Below, one piece after another: positions 27,720 through 37,584 of a DNA stretch of 64,000 bases. The stretch lies in the IMG/VR virus record IMGVR_UViG_3300011969_000080; one strand, given 5' to 3'. The notes under the pieces are model-generated. The model saw only the letters and a program-made list of their open reading frames with translations. It was not told the DNA's origin and did not search any database. Every line of letters starts with the position of its first letter. Position 1 is the stretch's first letter. Source of the stretch: an uncultured virus (IMG/VR IMGVR_UViG_3300011969_000080). Its lineage: Duplodnaviria; Heunggongvirae; Uroviricota; Caudoviricetes. Position numbers and translations under genes: made by a program.

Positions 27720-29138
27720 ATGGACCAGACGGGCCCGCCCCACACCCCGACCACCGGGGGGGTCCCCGGGGCACTGCAGGCGTACCGGTTTGCGCTGGAC
27801 CCCACACCCGCCCAGGCCAGAGAGCTTCGTTCTAACTGCGGCGCGGCGCGGGTCGCGTTCAACTGGGGCCTGGCCCACGTCAAGGCGGTAATGGGCCAGC
27901 GGGCAGCCGAAGCCACTTATGGGATCGCCCTGGCGGACCTGACGCCGGCGGTTTCGTGGTCGCTGTACAGCCTGCGCAGGGAGTGGAATGTGGCCAAGGA
28001 CAACGTTGCGCCCTGGTGGCCGGAGTGCTCCAAAGAGGCGTTCAACACGGGGCTTGGCGGGTTGGCACAGGCGCTGGAAAACTGGGGTAAATCCCGGTCC
28101 GGAAAACGCAAGGGCGCGACGGTCGGGTTCCCTCGTTTCAAGTCCAGGCGCCGTAGCAAGCTCTCGGTCCGGTTCACCACGGGGGCGATCCGATGCGAGG
28201 CCAAGCACGCGGTCCTGCCCCGGCTGGGCCGGATCAAGCTGCATGAAGACGCGTCCGGGCTGGTCGCCAAGGTCACGGCGGGCACAGCTCAGGTCGGCTC
28301 GGCCACGGCGGTCTTTGAGAGGGGTCGGTGGTTTGTCTCGTTCACCGTCGACGCGGCCCGGCCCGCGGCAACACCCGCACGTCCAGGCAAGATTGTGGGC
28401 ATCGACCTCGGGATCAAGACCCTCGCCGTCCTGTCAACCGGCCGTGAGGTCCCCAACCCACGGCGTCTGAACGGCGCGCTGCGTAAGCTGGCCCGCCTGA
28501 ACCGGGCGGTGTCCCGCAGGGTCGGGCCGTACGATCCGGCGACGAGGCAGCACCGGCCCCCATCAAACCGCTGGCGGGTCGCCGCGGCCGCCCTGGGCAA
28601 AGCACACGGCCGGGTTGCCGACCAGCGCAAAGACGCCCTCCACAAGATCACCACTGAGCTCGCCAAGGAGTTCGGCGTCATCGTGTTGGAAGACCTCAAC
28701 GTTGCCGGGATGATGAAAAACCGCCGCCTGGCAAGGCACATCGGGGACGCCTCCTTCGGGGAGATCCGTCGGCAGCTGGAGTACAAGACGGCGTGGAACG
28801 GTGGGCGGGTGGTCTTAGCTGACCGGTGGTTCCCGTCAAGCAAGACCTGCTCGGGTTGCGGCGCAGTGAAAGCCAAACTGCCCTTGTCCGAGCGTATGTA
28901 CAACTGCACGAAATGCGGGCTCGTCCTGGATCGGGACGTGAACGCAGCACGAAACCTCGCCGCGTATGCAGCGGGGGTGGTCCCCGGGAGTCGCTCGGAG
29001 ACCCTAAACGGACGTGGAGGCCAGGGAGTTCTAGCCAGGCCTGTGAAGCGTCAACCCGGGGCCGCTCACGCGGGTAACACCGGGACTGTCCTGCTGAAAA
29101 GCAGGGCGGCATCCAGTGAGCTTTCCACTGCTCACTGA
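27720..29138 (+). CDS. tnpB: IS607-type TnpB, no tnpA (start could be 27687)
   Basis: QAYRFALDPT..AFNWGL; GIDLG / VLEDL / DRDVNAARNL; zinc ribbon. Confidence 0.92.
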   Translation: MDQTGPPHTPTTGGVPGALQAYRFALDPTPAQARELRSNCGAARVAFNWGLAHVKAVMGQRAAEATYGIALADLTPAVSWSLYSLRREWNVAKDNVAPWWPECSKEAFNTGLGGLAQALENWGKSRSGKRKGATVGFPRFKSRRRSKLSVRFTTGAIRCEAKHAVLPRLGRIKLHEDASGLVAKVTAGTAQVGSATAVFERGRWFVSFTVDAARPAATPARPGKIVGIDLGIKTLAVLSTGREVPNPRRLNGALRKLARLNRAVSRRVGPYDPATRQHRPPSNRWRVAAAALGKAHGRVADQRKDALHKITTELAKEFGVIVLEDLNVAGMMKNRRLARHIGDASFGEIRRQLEYKTAWNGGRVVLADRWFPSSKTCSGCGAVKAKLPLSERMYNCTKCGLVLDRDVNAARNLAAYAAGVVPGSRSETLNGRGGQGVLARPVKRQPGAAHAGNTGTVLLKSRAASSELSTAH

Positions 29139-29168
29139 CATGCAACGGCAGCGGGTGTTCGCACTCGC
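28980..29168 (+). ncRNA. Predicted omegaRNA, scaffold ending ...TGCAACGG (29148) followed by guide; 5' boundary uncertain
   Basis: Hairpins 29088-29107 and 29114-29137; homology to the copy at 52.7 kb stops here. Confidence 0.6.
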
Positions 29169-29562
29169 CGGGGGAGCGCCGTACTTCGACGCGTGCCGAA
29201 ACGCGGAACACCTGGAAGTGCTGGGCTCGGGGGGCAGGCCCAGCCCCCACCGCTACGGCGGGGCTCACGCAGCGTACGAGGCCGGCCTGGACGCGTGGGA
29301 GGACGACGCCACCCTAGAGATACGACGCCTGCTCCACGCCAGCGACCTGACTCACGACCTTCGCTGCCAGGCACGCACCGCGGAGGGCCTGCGGGGCAGT
29401 CGCAACGACGCGCTGCGCAGGAACCTGCTGCGTGGCACTGCCAACGGCCTCGAGGGGGACGAGCGTAAGGCCGCCCAGCGTATTGCCAACACCTTCCCGG
29501 GGACATCACACGAGCTCATTGCGGCCGTTCGCGCTCTACTCCGCCCGCCTGCACCCTGCTAG
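29149..29562 (+). pseudogene. 3' remnant of a family A paralog abutting the TnpB right end
   Basis: AWEDDATLEIRRLL...FPGTSHELIAAVRALL; no 5' half present. Confidence 0.75.
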
Positions 29563-29661
29563 CTTGCATATCGCGCAAGATACTGTGCGCGTTACGCAAC
29601 CCTGTGCCGGGGCGGGCAGCCTGGCGTCCACCAGGCGGGGGCGCCCCTCACGGTGGCAGGT

Positions 29662-30843
29662 ATGACATCACGCGCCACGTGCAGGTTTCCCGTCGGGCCC
29701 CTGTCGGCGCGCCGCAGATGCGGCAGCCCCACCCGGAGGGGGTCTGACCGCTGCTGGCGCGCCGAGCATCACGGCCCCATCCCGGTGGACACCCGGCCTA
29801 CGGCGGGTGGTGCGCGCTCCGGGGCGCGGGCGCCCGTTGTGCCACTACTGCCCGACGTGAACACAGACGACGGCCGCAGGCAGCTTCCCCTACGCGTGGC
29901 CGGCACCACGTACGAGGTACGCCGCTACGCGGGCTTTGTTGAGGACATGCAGTTCAGCCTGGCGGACCCACGGGGCAGGGAGTGGGTAGTCCGGCGGGGA
30001 CCGGCGACGTCCCTGCTGTGCGCGCACAGTCGGAGCCTCGATGAGTGGCTCGTGCGGCCCACCGGGTACGCAAACTTCGCCGTGGACGGTGGTGTTCTGC
30101 GGGTCGTTGAGCGCGGAACGCTGGACTGGTACCGCGAAGAGATCAAGCTTGGGGTTCGTAGCCCGCACGCCGAACTGCCAAAGCCGTACGAGGCGCCCGC
30201 CCCGCAACCCTCTCTGGTCCTCGAAGTCCCAGACACGGGCGAGGGGCTGGACTCGCTGACCCGTGAGCTTGACGCTCGCCTGGTCGCCACCCCGCCCATC
30301 ACCGTGGACACCCCGTACGGGCCGTTGACGTTCACCACCGTGCCACCGAACCACGCCCTGCACGGGGAGCCACTTGACGCCTATGACCGTGACTGGACTG
30401 ACGTCACAACGTCAGGCCAGCTGAGGGTGGGGCGCCGGACATTCACACTCGAAGGGGCGCCCCTGCACGCAGACTCCGCCCGCGGCGCGGGATACCAGCG
30501 GGTCTTGGATCAGCACGGGGAGAGGCTGGCACGCCGCAGCAGCGGATCGGACGTCGCGGGGGTGGCCGCCTTCCGCGCATGGGACGACGACAGCACCTCA
30601 GGGCTGCGGCACCTGCTGGCGGCAAGCTCCTCGGCGCACGCCCTCCGTCGACTGCCCCGCGGGGTGCAAGGCCCACACAGCACCCTTACAGGGCTGCTGC
30701 GCAGGGGCCTGCTGCGCGTCACCGCTGACAGCCTCACGGGCATGGAATGCCAGGCCGCGCGGAAGATCGCCGACGACTTCCCTGGAACATCCCGGGAGCT
30801 CGTTGGGGCCGTTCGCGCTCTGCTCTCCGGCCCGTCCCGATGA
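29662..30843 (+). CDS. Family A paralog
   Basis: CRFPVGP..RRCG..RCW finger; LEVPDT; FPGTSRELVGAVRALL. Confidence 0.8.
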   Translation: MTSRATCRFPVGPLSARRRCGSPTRRGSDRCWRAEHHGPIPVDTRPTAGGARSGARAPVVPLLPDVNTDDGRRQLPLRVAGTTYEVRRYAGFVEDMQFSLADPRGREWVVRRGPATSLLCAHSRSLDEWLVRPTGYANFAVDGGVLRVVERGTLDWYREEIKLGVRSPHAELPKPYEAPAPQPSLVLEVPDTGEGLDSLTRELDARLVATPPITVDTPYGPLTFTTVPPNHALHGEPLDAYDRDWTDVTTSGQLRVGRRTFTLEGAPLHADSARGAGYQRVLDQHGERLARRSSGSDVAGVAAFRAWDDDSTSGLRHLLAASSSAHALRRLPRGVQGPHSTLTGLLRRGLLRVTADSLTGMECQAARKIADDFPGTSRELVGAVRALLSGPSR

Positions 30844-30952
30844 ACCACAGCCGCGCCGGAACTACGGTGCTCCCCAACTATTGCGTTCGTGGCACTCGCG
30901 CCGACGGTACGGGTCAGTGGAGAAACGCCCCACCACCCGCAAGGAGAGTGTC

Positions 30953-31177
30953 ATGAGCACCCAGACGGACACCTGCGCCGATCTTCTTGAAGCCTGCGCT
31001 GCCACGTACAGCGCCGCCAAGGCGGCGTGGAGACAGTACCTGACCGTCAGTGACGAGGGGCTGCACCCGCAGCTGGCCGCAGATGCCCTGGACGCGTACG
31101 CCGCCGCGTGCCGCGCCGAGAGGGACGCATGCCGGGCTTACGACTCCACCACGATGTGCCACCTTCACGCTGCGTGA
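30953..31177 (+). CDS. Small helical hypothetical protein
   Basis: AAGGAG RBS; promoter TTGCGT-N16-GACGGT at 30881-30908. Confidence 0.65.
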   Translation: MSTQTDTCADLLEACAATYSAAKAAWRQYLTVSDEGLHPQLAADALDAYAAACRAERDACRAYDSTTMCHLHAA

Positions 31178-31280
31178 GCAGCCCCCGCCCCAATCGGTCA
31201 GCGACTGCTGACCAAAGTTGCGGCCCCACTGTCTGCCGCAGACAGTAGGTGCAGACAGTAGGGTAGGCGGGGCCGGGCGC

Positions 31281-31332
31281 GGTGTCTGGTATATCGTACC
31301 CAACGCGCTTTGCGTGCGACATACCAGACACC
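31281..31332. repeat. Intergenic inverted repeat / hairpin
   Basis: GGTGTCTGGTAT...ATACCAGACACC, 12-bp perfect arms extendable inward. Confidence 0.7.
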
Positions 31333-31385
31333 GTGTCGCGCTGGGTGGAGCACCGCTCAGCCGCCCGCCGCCCACAGTGGCAGGC

Positions 31386-32171
31386 ATGGAACCTACCCCC
31401 ACGTGCGCCTTCCTTGTCGGCCCCACCTCGGCCCGGCGCAGTTGTGGTAATCCCGCCAAGCGGGGCTCCGACCGCTGCTGGATTCCCGGGCATCAGCGGC
31501 CGAACCTCGTGGAGGACAGGGCCCGCGCCGGCTCGAGGACCCCGGCAGGCTCGCAGACCCCAGCAGTGCTGGCCCCCATCGCGGTGCGAGAAGAGACCGC
31601 ACCACACGCTGTCCTCGAAGTTCCAGATACGGACGCCGACTTGGATCAGCTGCTGTGGGAGCTGGGCGCCCGCCTGGGTGCCACGCCGCCCATCACGGTG
31701 GGCACCCCCTACGGCCCGGTGACTTTCACCGTTGTGCCACCGCGGCGCCCCCTGCCCGCCCAGTACCTCGATGACGACCTGCGCGACTACGTATTCACTG
31801 TCTGCACCTCGGTCATGGACAGGTATGGCAGGCAGATGCGGGTGGGCACCGCCATGGCTGAACTGGAGGGGGACGCTGTGAGCGCCGCGTGGGAGGACGA
31901 CGCCACGCTCGAGGTGAGGCACCTGCTCCAGGCGGCAGAGACGGCACACGCCATGCGCCTCAACGCTGCGACGCTCGTCTGGTCCGCGGAGGACGACTGG
32001 GATGAAGAGGAGCACGACCAGCTGCGGGGGGAGTTGCTCCTCGTCACCGCCGACGGCCTCGATGGGGATGAGCGCCGTGTGGCGTTGGCCGCGATTGACG
32101 GGGGCCTCACGGGCACGTCAGGTGAGCTGCTGGACGCGGTCCGCGCCATTCTCGCACCGCAGACACGCTGA
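31386..32171 (+). CDS. Family A paralog, internally shorter relative of 29662
   Basis: Finger; LEVPDT; GLTGTSGELLDAVRAIL. Confidence 0.78.
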   Translation: MEPTPTCAFLVGPTSARRSCGNPAKRGSDRCWIPGHQRPNLVEDRARAGSRTPAGSQTPAVLAPIAVREETAPHAVLEVPDTDADLDQLLWELGARLGATPPITVGTPYGPVTFTVVPPRRPLPAQYLDDDLRDYVFTVCTSVMDRYGRQMRVGTAMAELEGDAVSAAWEDDATLEVRHLLQAAETAHAMRLNAATLVWSAEDDWDEEEHDQLRGELLLVTADGLDGDERRVALAAIDGGLTGTSGELLDAVRAILAPQTR

Positions 32172-32227
32172 CCACGACTGCCGGCGCCCTTGTTGCGTCC
32201 GCCGGCCTCGCGCCAACAGTCGGCCCC

Positions 32228-32851
32228 ATGACCACTACCGGACGCCGCCCGGCGCCTCACCTGCTTGTGGGTGCGCCACTCATTGAGCTGCCCACCACGC
32301 AGGAGGGGTGGGCTGGGGCTGCACGGGAGCTGTCCGCCCGCATCTACGCCTACGTCTACTGGTCCATGGGCGGCGAGAGTATCCCCAGCCCCCGGCCCTC
32401 CTGCGACGAGGGGCGCATCCCCTTCGGGGGTGCCCAGTACGAGGTTGGGGGCCTCTTCGGGTGCGTGTGGGACACCCGTGGACACCGCGCCACGGCCGAC
32501 GTAGAGCAGCGGGTAGCCGACGCCGTGCGGCGGGCGCATGAGGCTGCGCGGGAGCTGCCCGATGTAAGCGAGCTGGTCTCAATGTGGCGCGCCGTTGAGC
32601 AGTACCTCAGTGGGGCCGCGAATCCGAGCCAATGGTACCCACCGTGTCCCGCCGAGCTGTCCCTCCTGGAACAGGGCGCCCGGGACGCGCTCCTGTGGGT
32701 TGCCGCCCGCAGCCTGACCGGGCTGGCGCAGACTGTGGCGACAACGCACGCGCGGGCGGACTTCCCGGGAACCTGTGCTGAGCTGATTGGGGTCTCAACG
32801 GCTGCGGCCGTTGCCCTCGCTGCTGCGCCGGTCGCCACCGCACGCCGGTAA
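32228..32851 (+). CDS. Family A paralog lacking the Zn finger
   Basis: IELPTTQEGW; FPGTCAELIGV; TTGCGT-N16-AACAGT-N7-ATG. Confidence 0.75.
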   Translation: MTTTGRRPAPHLLVGAPLIELPTTQEGWAGAARELSARIYAYVYWSMGGESIPSPRPSCDEGRIPFGGAQYEVGGLFGCVWDTRGHRATADVEQRVADAVRRAHEAARELPDVSELVSMWRAVEQYLSGAANPSQWYPPCPAELSLLEQGARDALLWVAARSLTGLAQTVATTHARADFPGTCAELIGVSTAAAVALAAAPVATARR

Positions 32852-32924
32852 CCCCACTGGCGCCACCCAAAGGCAGGCGGAAACGTCCGTCGCCCCCGGC
32901 TACCCGACCCCCACGGTGGTGGCC

Positions 32925-33554
32925 ATGACCACCTCCCCCGTTCCGCCGCTCGTCACCTACACCGGTGACGGCGCGGAGCTCGTTGAGATCCCGACCACGC
33001 GGGCGGGGTGGTTTGCTGCCGCCCGCGAGCTGAAGGTCCGCATCGAGGCCAGCGTGTACCGGCCCCTTGGGGGCTACGCCGCTTCCCCGGAACACGAGGG
33101 GCCAGACTACGTGGACGAGCTTGCCACCCCGCGGGGCGTGTCCGGGATGGTTGTCGTGGACGGGGTTGCATATGTCATCTACGGCGCGCCGTGGTGCCCC
33201 GCGGTTTGGGATGCTCAGCGTGCATGCCCGGCCCCTGCCCGGGAGGCGCGTGTCGTCGTGGACATTGTGTGTGAGCGTTTCGAGAACGCCCTGTGCGGGC
33301 CCGAGGTGCTGGACCTTCGCCTGGCCTACCGGGCAATCGCCGTTTTCCTGGAGACGCCGGAGGGTGGCACCCCACCCTCCCCCAGCCTTGCTTGGCGTGA
33401 GGGTGCGGCCCGGACTGGTCTTCTGCGGGTTGCGGCGTACAGCCTGCCCGAGGACGGCCAGTCTCGTGTGGTGGCCCTGGCCACGGCGGGCCCCGACTTC
33501 GTTGGCACCGTCGACGACCTGCTCGAGGCGTCTCTCGCGGTGTACGGAGAGTAG
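32925..33554 (+). CDS. Family A paralog lacking the Zn finger
   Basis: VEIPTTRAGW; FVGTVDDLLEAS. Confidence 0.75.
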   Translation: MTTSPVPPLVTYTGDGAELVEIPTTRAGWFAAARELKVRIEASVYRPLGGYAASPEHEGPDYVDELATPRGVSGMVVVDGVAYVIYGAPWCPAVWDAQRACPAPAREARVVVDIVCERFENALCGPEVLDLRLAYRAIAVFLETPEGGTPPSPSLAWREGAARTGLLRVAAYSLPEDGQSRVVALATAGPDFVGTVDDLLEASLAVYGE

Positions 33555-33599
33555 TGGCACCGCCGCGATGGCCCATCTGGGCGCCCACAGTCATGAACC

Positions 33600-35369
33600 A
33601 TGACTAACCAGCAGAAGTACCATAAATTGAACCAGCACCGCGCAGGTGGCGCCCCCACCGGCGTCCGGGCCAAGCTCACCCTAGCCGCCGCCGGGTTCGC
33701 CCTAGTTGTCGGGGTCGTCCCGGTGTGGTCCATGCCCAGTGCCCAGGCCGCCGGCACCGGTGCCACGACCGGAAGCATCACGGTCAACGGCTCCGGGTTC
33801 GGGCACGGCGTGGGCATGTCCCAGTATGGCGCCTACGGCCAGGCCAAGGCGAACCCCACGCTGACGGGGGCGAAGATCGCCGGCTACTACTACGCACACT
33901 CCACCGTCACCAACTTCCCTGACAACGTCCCCCTCAAAGTCAACGTCGCGCACGCCAGGACCTCGATGACATTGCGGTCGACCTCGGTCGGGACGGGTGG
34001 GGGCGGGTTCACCCTGCAGGTCGCCGGAGCCGAAGATCGGTGGGTGCCGACAACCCAGTACGTCACGGTCGGGCGCACAACGACCGGGGTGGTGCTCACG
34101 GTGCGAACCGCTTCGGACGGTCTCCCTGTTCTGGGCGGTGAGCTGCGTGGTACCTCCGCGACAGTCCTCTGGTCCGCGAACCCCACGACCCTGGACGTGA
34201 CGACGTCGGCCACGAAGCACTACCGGTGGGGCACGCTGGGTCTCGTCGGGTTGGGATCGGCGTTCGAGGGTGTGCTGACTGTCGACCTGCCCACATACCT
34301 GAAAGGCGTCGCGGAGATGCCCTCCAGCTGGCCCAAGGGGGCGCTCCAGGCGCAGGCCGTCGCCTCTCGGACCTACGCGCTGCACGCCTACCGCGCTGGC
34401 ACACGCTCGGCCTGTGGTGGTTGCCACCTCTACGACTCGACGCTGAGCCAGGTCTACGCCGGCTGGTCCAAGGAGTCCGAGCTGATCAACGGGACCGCGT
34501 ACGGGAAGCTCTGGGTGGCCGCCGTCGCGGCGACGCAAACCGTGAGCTACGGCCAGACCGTCCTGTACGGCGGCGTACCGGTTGACGCCCTCTTCTTCTC
34601 CGCCTCCGGCGGCCGCACCCGCAACAGCGAGGACGTCTGGTCGGCGGCGCTGCCGTACGCGCGCAGCGTGGATGACCACTGGAGCCTGGACAAGACGATC
34701 AACCCGTCGTACGCCGCCTGGTCGCGCCTGGCGTCGGTCCCGACGCTGCTGCGGCTCTTCGGCCTCCCAGACCTGTCGTCGGTGTGGGTCAGCGCACGGG
34801 ATGCCGGCGGCGCGGCGCGCACGGTGACCGCGCTCGCCAGCAACGGCGTGACCAAGTCTGTGACAGGAAATGCGTTCCAGGCTGCTCTCGGACTGCCGTC
34901 GGCCTGGGTGACCTCGCTGGGGGCCATTCCACTGAGCTTCCCTGTCCCCGCCGGCCTCTCACCGGTCTACTGGTCGCCGGGCACGCGCACGGTCAACGGT
35001 CGTCGGTGGCAGACCACCTGCGCGGCCTACTCGACCGGCGCCAGGTGCATCACCAAGATCTGGGCGTCGCAGTACGTGCGGTCCGGGTCGACGTACGTCG
35101 TCAAGACGGGCTGGGTGCAGAACAGCATCAACTACTTCGACCACGCCACGCCGGCGTGGGCCGGCAACGTCTACGCCACGCCGGGGACGAGGGTTGTCAG
35201 CGGCCACAAGTGGCGCACGACCTGCAGCCCCAATGCCGCCGCCGGCCGCCGCACCTGCCGGGCCGGGGTCTGGGCGAGCCAGGTGTCGCGCACGCGCCTG
35301 CCCAAGGGCACCTACCGGTACTCCACCCACCTGGGCTGGACTTTCGTCTCCATGGCCTACCTGCAGTAG
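33600..35369 (+). CDS. Secreted SpoIID/LytB-domain peptidoglycan lytic enzyme
   Basis: GSGFGHGVGMSQYGA; YLKGVAEMPSSW..ALQAQAVASRTYA; two C-terminal PGTR.V.G..W.TTC repeats. Confidence 0.9.
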   Translation: MTNQQKYHKLNQHRAGGAPTGVRAKLTLAAAGFALVVGVVPVWSMPSAQAAGTGATTGSITVNGSGFGHGVGMSQYGAYGQAKANPTLTGAKIAGYYYAHSTVTNFPDNVPLKVNVAHARTSMTLRSTSVGTGGGGFTLQVAGAEDRWVPTTQYVTVGRTTTGVVLTVRTASDGLPVLGGELRGTSATVLWSANPTTLDVTTSATKHYRWGTLGLVGLGSAFEGVLTVDLPTYLKGVAEMPSSWPKGALQAQAVASRTYALHAYRAGTRSACGGCHLYDSTLSQVYAGWSKESELINGTAYGKLWVAAVAATQTVSYGQTVLYGGVPVDALFFSASGGRTRNSEDVWSAALPYARSVDDHWSLDKTINPSYAAWSRLASVPTLLRLFGLPDLSSVWVSARDAGGAARTVTALASNGVTKSVTGNAFQAALGLPSAWVTSLGAIPLSFPVPAGLSPVYWSPGTRTVNGRRWQTTCAAYSTGARCITKIWASQYVRSGSTYVVKTGWVQNSINYFDHATPAWAGNVYATPGTRVVSGHKWRTTCSPNAAAGRRTCRAGVWASQVSRTRLPKGTYRYSTHLGWTFVSMAYLQ

Positions 35370-35492
35370 CGGCCCCGGGCCCCGAGTTCAGCGGCACCGT
35401 CCGCGGCCTGCTTGAGGCGCCACTCGCGGTAACTGGCGAGTAACCGTCGGACCGGCTACAGCGACGCGCCCCGGGCGCCCACAGTGTGGGCC

Positions 35493-36422
35493 ATGACCAC
35501 TACCAGCCCCTACGTCCGGTGCGGCGGCGCCACCACCCTCGGGCCGCCCTGCAAGAACCACAAGGACACCTGCCCGCACACGGCCGCCCACCAGCGCCTC
35601 GCAGCGGCCCGTGCCCGCGCGGCCGGCGCAGCGACGGTGCGTCCCGGGACTGCGGTACCGGCGCTGGCCCCTGCACAGCCCGCAGCCCCCGGCCTTTACG
35701 AGATCCCCACCGCGCTGGAAGGGTGGCGTGACACACACGCCGAACTGACTAGCCAGATGGTCGCGGCCGCCGGGGGCACACCCGTGACGCTCGCCACGCC
35801 CTACGGGATCCTGAGCGTCCGAATTGCAAGGATGAACATGGCCCCCACCACGGCGCCAGCCGAGTACCACCTCTGGGTGTCCGGGACGGTGGCCGTTGGC
35901 GGCCGCGCATACAAGGTCTGGGGTCCAGCGGGGGGCCTACTCATCTCCCCCACTGACGGGCTGAGTAACTACGACGACGAGGAGATAGAGCACATCCGCG
36001 GGCACGTGGAGGCATCCCTGGTGCGCCCGAAGGGGGAGCACGTTGAGCTGTACGCCCTCGCGGACGCGGAGAAGTGCGTTGGCTGGGTGGGCCGCGCCAC
36101 CCGGAACTTCACGGTCACCCCCGCGGGGAACGGGTTGGGTGTGAACCAGCACGTCCGGAACGCACAGGTGGCCCTCCTCAAAATGTGGGCAGTGGATCTG
36201 CCGGAGCCGGCCCGGCAGATCGCATACTCGTGGGCGGAGGCGGACTTCGCTGGGTCGGGCGCTGACCTGCGCGACGCGGCCAGCGAGGTTGCGGACCTGC
36301 GCGGTGGCGCCTCCACGGTGGCGCTGTCCATGATTGAAGCCGGCTACACCGGTCCGCCGGAGGATCTGGCGCCCATCGCTGAGGCGACAGTCCTTCACCC
36401 GGTCTACCACGGCGCGCCGTAG
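35493..36422 (+). CDS. Family A paralog with two C-terminal modules
   Basis: Finger; YEIPTALEGW; FAGSGADL and GYTGPPEDL. Confidence 0.8.
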   Translation: MTTTSPYVRCGGATTLGPPCKNHKDTCPHTAAHQRLAAARARAAGAATVRPGTAVPALAPAQPAAPGLYEIPTALEGWRDTHAELTSQMVAAAGGTPVTLATPYGILSVRIARMNMAPTTAPAEYHLWVSGTVAVGGRAYKVWGPAGGLLISPTDGLSNYDDEEIEHIRGHVEASLVRPKGEHVELYALADAEKCVGWVGRATRNFTVTPAGNGLGVNQHVRNAQVALLKMWAVDLPEPARQIAYSWAEADFAGSGADLRDAASEVADLRGGASTVALSMIEAGYTGPPEDLAPIAEATVLHPVYHGAP

Positions 36423-36439
36423 CGCCCCCGGCCACCGAC

Positions 36440-37567
36440 ATGATGGGCTCCCGAACCGAGACTTGTGGCGCGCCCACCCTGGCGGGGCCCAAATGCGCCC
36501 GGACCATCTCCCTCCTCCCGGGAGAGGCCAACAGGGGCTGCCAAGACCACCGCGACTGGCGCAGCCGCCAGACACCGCGCACCACTGCCGGCCCCGCCCG
36601 GCTCAGCGCCCCGTGCGCCACGCCAGGGCAGCGCATCCGCATCAACAGCTCCATCCTCACGGTTGAGTGGAACCCGGAGCGGGACGGCCGCAACAGGGCC
36701 CGGCCAGGACATGAAGACGAGCCCTACTTCACCCTTCGCGGGCCCGACGATGCGCGCTACGACTCGACCCCGCTGGTCGCCGGTGGGGTCACGACGGCGG
36801 CATGGTACGTGCGCGAGTGGGATGTGCTACGCGACGCGCGCGGGGCCCGGGTACTGTTCGTCGCGGACGAGCACGGCGACCTGGTTGTTACCCACCCGTA
36901 CTCCCCCGCTGTCCGCGATGCTGTGAACACCGCACGGGCCACCGCGGGCCTGCATGCCCTGGCCGGGCCCGAGACCCCACCGCTGTGCGTGAATGCGGAG
37001 GACTTCCCCACCACGGAGGCCTTGCTGGGCACCCTGGGCCGCCGCCTGGAAGAGATGGCCTATTGGGGCCCCGTGCCGCTGGTCACGCCCGCCGGGACCC
37101 TGCACCTAGAAGTTGCGGGTGATGCCCTCGACACGGAACGCCTGCCTCACGGTGGCCTCCTGGACGTCTCAGGGCAGCTGCGGATCGGCCGGGCCACCGT
37201 CACCGTCTCCGGCGACCCGAGGTTCCCGAACGTCCGCAACGAGGCCAACACCCGGAACGCACCGTCGCGGCGTTACGCGGCGGCCGCCATCATCATGAGG
37301 GCCGCCCTCGCGGGTGATGGAGCACACGCCGAGCTGCGTGACACCGCGCGGGCCGCCCAGGAGGTGCTGTCCCACAGCCTGGGGGCCCTCGGGGAGGTCC
37401 AGTGGGCAGCACGGCCCTTCCTGCTACGCCTGGCCACGACCGGCCTGTTGCCGGTGCCCCGCCAGGTTGCTGTGGCGGCCTCAGAAACGTTTGCTGGCAC
37501 CTACCAGGAGCTGTCCGGCGCGGCCTGTGCCGTGGTCGGCCCACCGGCAGCCACACAGCGACCGTAG
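36440..37567 (+). CDS. Family A paralog
   Basis: Finger nearly the same as EndoVII 14820; FAGTYQELSGAA. Confidence 0.8.
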   Translation: MMGSRTETCGAPTLAGPKCARTISLLPGEANRGCQDHRDWRSRQTPRTTAGPARLSAPCATPGQRIRINSSILTVEWNPERDGRNRARPGHEDEPYFTLRGPDDARYDSTPLVAGGVTTAAWYVREWDVLRDARGARVLFVADEHGDLVVTHPYSPAVRDAVNTARATAGLHALAGPETPPLCVNAEDFPTTEALLGTLGRRLEEMAYWGPVPLVTPAGTLHLEVAGDALDTERLPHGGLLDVSGQLRIGRATVTVSGDPRFPNVRNEANTRNAPSRRYAAAAIIMRAALAGDGAHAELRDTARAAQEVLSHSLGALGEVQWAARPFLLRLATTGLLPVPRQVAVAASETFAGTYQELSGAACAVVGPPAATQRP

Positions 37568-37584
37568 CGCCCACAGTCATGGCC

